Shown here piece after piece: positions 61,259-64,000 of a stretch of DNA of 64,000 nucleotides. The stretch covers positions 60,512,001-60,576,000 of the forward strand of contig OZ296658.1 of the NCBI GenBank assembly GCA_965655095.1, given 5' to 3'. The translations under genes were made by a program, and so were the position numbers. Numbering within the stretch: the first letter of the stretch is position 1; every line of letters starts with the position of its first letter. Origin of the DNA: Haplodiscus bocki. Its lineage: Eukaryota. Below the pieces are notes generated by a model, which was not told the DNA's origin, ran no database searches, and worked only from the letters and a program-made list of their open reading frames with translations.

Positions 61259-64000
61259 GTCCATCACAGTCGTTTTTGTTTTTTTCACTCGCTCCCAGCT
61301 CGCGTTTGTGCTCTCATGCTGAAGTTACTACCCAGGTTTTGCCCATGCATCTTTGATTTCTTGCAATAAAAAATGTCAGGTGGCCTAAATGCTAGCTCTT
61401 TTGCTGGTTTCAGTTAAACAACAAACGAAACTTCTCCAAAAGTTGTATATTTTTGCACCACACAATTATTAAACCTGAGACAACACAATTCGTCTCAAAT
61501 TGATTCTTCAGTAGTTTTGGCAGCACCTCTTCGCCATTCAAAATAAGATATAGTTGCTCAATACGTTCACTGGTGTGTCGTTGGTGCAGATATTGCCAAT
61601 TTCAGCTTCGCTTGTCTGTCTAAGTTGTGAGAAAAGCTATGTTTGACTTACTGTGTGCCCAAGTTCCGATGAGAAACCGACTCATTCCACAATCAAGCAA
61701 AAAATGGTTGGTTCTTTTCTGTTGCTTAGCTTAGACAGGCAATTTATAATTTTGCATCCCGGCACAAGTTTTGAGAACTGTACTCCACAAAGACGAACTG
61801 CTTCTTTTTCAAACAGTTGATGCGCCTTCATGCTGTTTGATCACTTCTTTTGGCCAAGTTTTGCTCACAAAAAAAGAGATTCATTTTGATATTTGCTCAG
61901 AATAAACCTTCTGTGGCAAATGTAAAGTCGTCGTTTTTTCCCTCTTTCACGTTCATTTACAATTCACATTCGTGTCTACGTAAAAATTGTTCCTAGATTT
62001 TATTCGAACCCCACCAATTTGTTGGAAAAAAAAAATCAGGGAGCGTTTTTTCGGCTTTCTTCAATTGATTGGCAACAAAAATGTTTCCAAAATTTTTCTG
62101 CACCTCCCAATACAAATGTTATACTCCAAAAAAAATTAAAAATCTGGGTAAATGTTTACTTGGTTTTTTGGTAGAATCACTTTCCACATAATATTAGTGG
62201 AACTTGCTCGATATATTCACAAGTAATCCACTGGAGCGAATGTTGCCAAGCTCAGCGTCAGCTCTGGGTCTCAGTTGTGAGGCAAAGTAAACTTCAAGTG
62301 GCTTTTTATTGTGTCTGATTTCCAATTAGAATCCATTTGATAAATCGAGCGAGGAATTAATGGTCCGCTAGTTTCCAGTTGGTGAAGTTAACCTCGCAGT
62401 TTTAAATTCAGCTTCCACACACGCCATATTGGTTGCTGTAACCCACTATAAAGCACACGGACTTTCTTTGAAATAGTTTATTCGCTTTGGTCTTGGTTGG
62501 TCCTTCCAGTGGGCCAGGTGCTGTTTACAAAAAAAGATCTTCGCTTCAAGTTTTGCTGTAGTTCACCAGCGGAGGCAACTTTTCTTTCGAGCTGTTTTTA
62601 GTTTTTCCCTTCCGTCCAAGGCCTAGTTTTTTGCCTGCATACTAAAGTTGCCTAGACTTTGCTCAAGCGTTCACGATGTTTTCCATGAAAAGATTACCGT
62701 GACTTGTTCTCTAGCTTGCACGTTTGTTTTAGTTCAACATTAACAGAATTGACCGCTAAAGTTGGTTGCGCTACCTAATATTATATATACACACTTTGGT
62801 TAAGTGAACTTTTGTTTGTTTGTGAAATCTGTAAGTTTGATAGTACATCTTTACCTCCTTTATCAGCAATACTTCTCGAGATTTGCGCTGGTGTTCCCTT
62901 GGCGCAAATGTTGCCATGCTCAGCTACGCCTCTGGGTCTTTGTTGTGGTTCAGTTGATTATGAGTCACATCGTTTGTTTGCATGAGTTCCATTTGGAGTC
63001 CATTTGATGTCTCGAGCGGGAATAATAATGCTTGGTTGTTATTAGTTGGTCAATGTTTACCTGCAAAACTGAGATTTGCTTCCAGATACGCTGTATTGAT
63101 TACTGCGATATGTTGCGATACAGAGGAGAGTTTCTTAACTTCATTTGAGCGCTGTCCTCTGGTTAATTGTTCAAGTTGGTAAGAGTACGCCCCAATAGGA
63201 CGCTTTGCTCTGAGACTCACACAATTACACCTGCTTGAGAAAAAAGTCCATCACAGTCGTTTTTGTTTTTTTCACTCGCTCCCAGCTCGCGTTTGTGCTC
63301 TCATGCTGAAGTTACTACCTAGGTTTTGTCCATGCATCTTTGATTTCTTGCAATAAAAATGTCAGGTGGCCTAAATGCTAGCTCTTTTGCTGGTTTCAGT
63401 TAAACAACAGTCGAAACTTCTCCAAAAGTTGTATATTTTTGCACCACACAATTATTAAACCTGAGACAACACAATTCGTCTCAAATTGATTCTTCAGTAG
63501 TTTTGGCAGCACCTCTTCGCCTTTCAAAGAAAGATATAGTTGCTCAATACGTTCACTGGTGTGTCGTTGGTGCAGATATTGCCAGTTTCAGCTTCGCTGG
63601 TCAGTCTAAATTTTGAGAAAAGGTATGTTGGATTACTGTGAGCCCAAGTTCCGATGAGAAACCGACTCTTTTCACAATCAAGAAAAAAGTGGTTGGTTCT
63701 TTTCTGTTGGTTAGCTTAGACAGGCAATTTATATTTTTGCCTCCCGGCACAAGTTTTGAGAACTGTACTCCACAAAGACGAACTGCTTCTTTTTCAAACA
63801 TTTTATGCGCCTTCTTGCTGTTTGATTACTTCTTTTGGCCAAGTTTTGCTCACAAAAAAGAGCTTCATTTTGATATTTGCTCAGAATATACCTTCTGTGG
63901 CAATTGTAAAGTTGTTGTTTTTTTCCCTCTTTCACGTTCATTTACAGTACACATTTGTGTCTACGTAAGAATTGTTCCTAGATTTTATTCGAACCCCATC

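Larger units (their letters stand above)
21301..64000. repeat. Satellite array B: ~22 head-to-tail units of ~2.0 kb, each a trimer of ~666-bp subunits (truncated at window end)
   Basis: The same subunit anchor recurs 22 times from 21895 to ~62911. Periods are mostly 1975-1999 bp (e.g. ORFs at 41025, 43023, 45020; 50855, 52852, 54851, 56844), with deletion variants of 1763, 1775 and 1842 bp. Confidence 0.98.
32101..64000. repeat. Array B subfamily B2
   Basis: The homologous position reads aacagaattgaccgctaaagttggttgcgctact (or close variants) in the units from ~33000 onward. tgcgatacggtgcgatac is typical. Confidence 0.85.

Noticed and set aside
54-63968. Numerous 60-150 aa ORFs recurring with the repeat period
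   Set aside because: No recognisable domains, composition reflects T-rich DNA (F/L/C/S/V), many rely on non-ATG starts, and frames open and close between copies through frameshifts and stops.
1-64000. CRISPR-like array or repeat-spacer system
   Set aside because: No short identical repeats separated by unique spacers. Whole kilobase units repeat, and there are no cas-like ORFs.
1-64000. rDNA, 5S, histone or snRNA tandem gene cluster, or tandem LTR/Helitron/MITE elements
   Set aside because: I recognise no such gene sequence, terminal repeats, target-site duplications or transposase/RT remnants. A remote TE origin cannot be excluded without a Dfam/Rfam search.

Overview
The whole 64 kb window is non-coding tandem-repeat (satellite/macrosatellite) DNA. 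I find no credible protein-coding gene, RNA gene, transposon or CRISPR array; the short ORFs are by-products that recur once per repeat unit. There are two head-to-tail arrays in the same orientation. Array A (1 to ~15.9 kb, decaying to ~17.1 kb) has ~10 units of 1612-1619 bp or 1687-1697 bp. Array B (~17.1 kb to the end) starts as divergent ~660-bp subunits in irregular order and then becomes ~22 units of ~2.0 kb. Both arrays are higher-order repeats (HORs). A is ~11 degenerate 110-170-bp monomers grouped 588+590+440 bp. B is a trimer of ~666-bp subunits. A and B share a colinear ancestral segment, so they appear to be two differently amplified branches of one satellite family that meet at an old, decayed junction. 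The A monomers carry a recurring imperfect 14-bp dyad (inferred consensus near TTCATGCGCATGAA) with apparent compensatory changes. The layered HOR architecture resembles centromeric/pericentromeric satellite arrays of eukaryotes, but centromere function and source organism cannot be shown from sequence alone. All alignments were done by eye and block boundaries are approximate.
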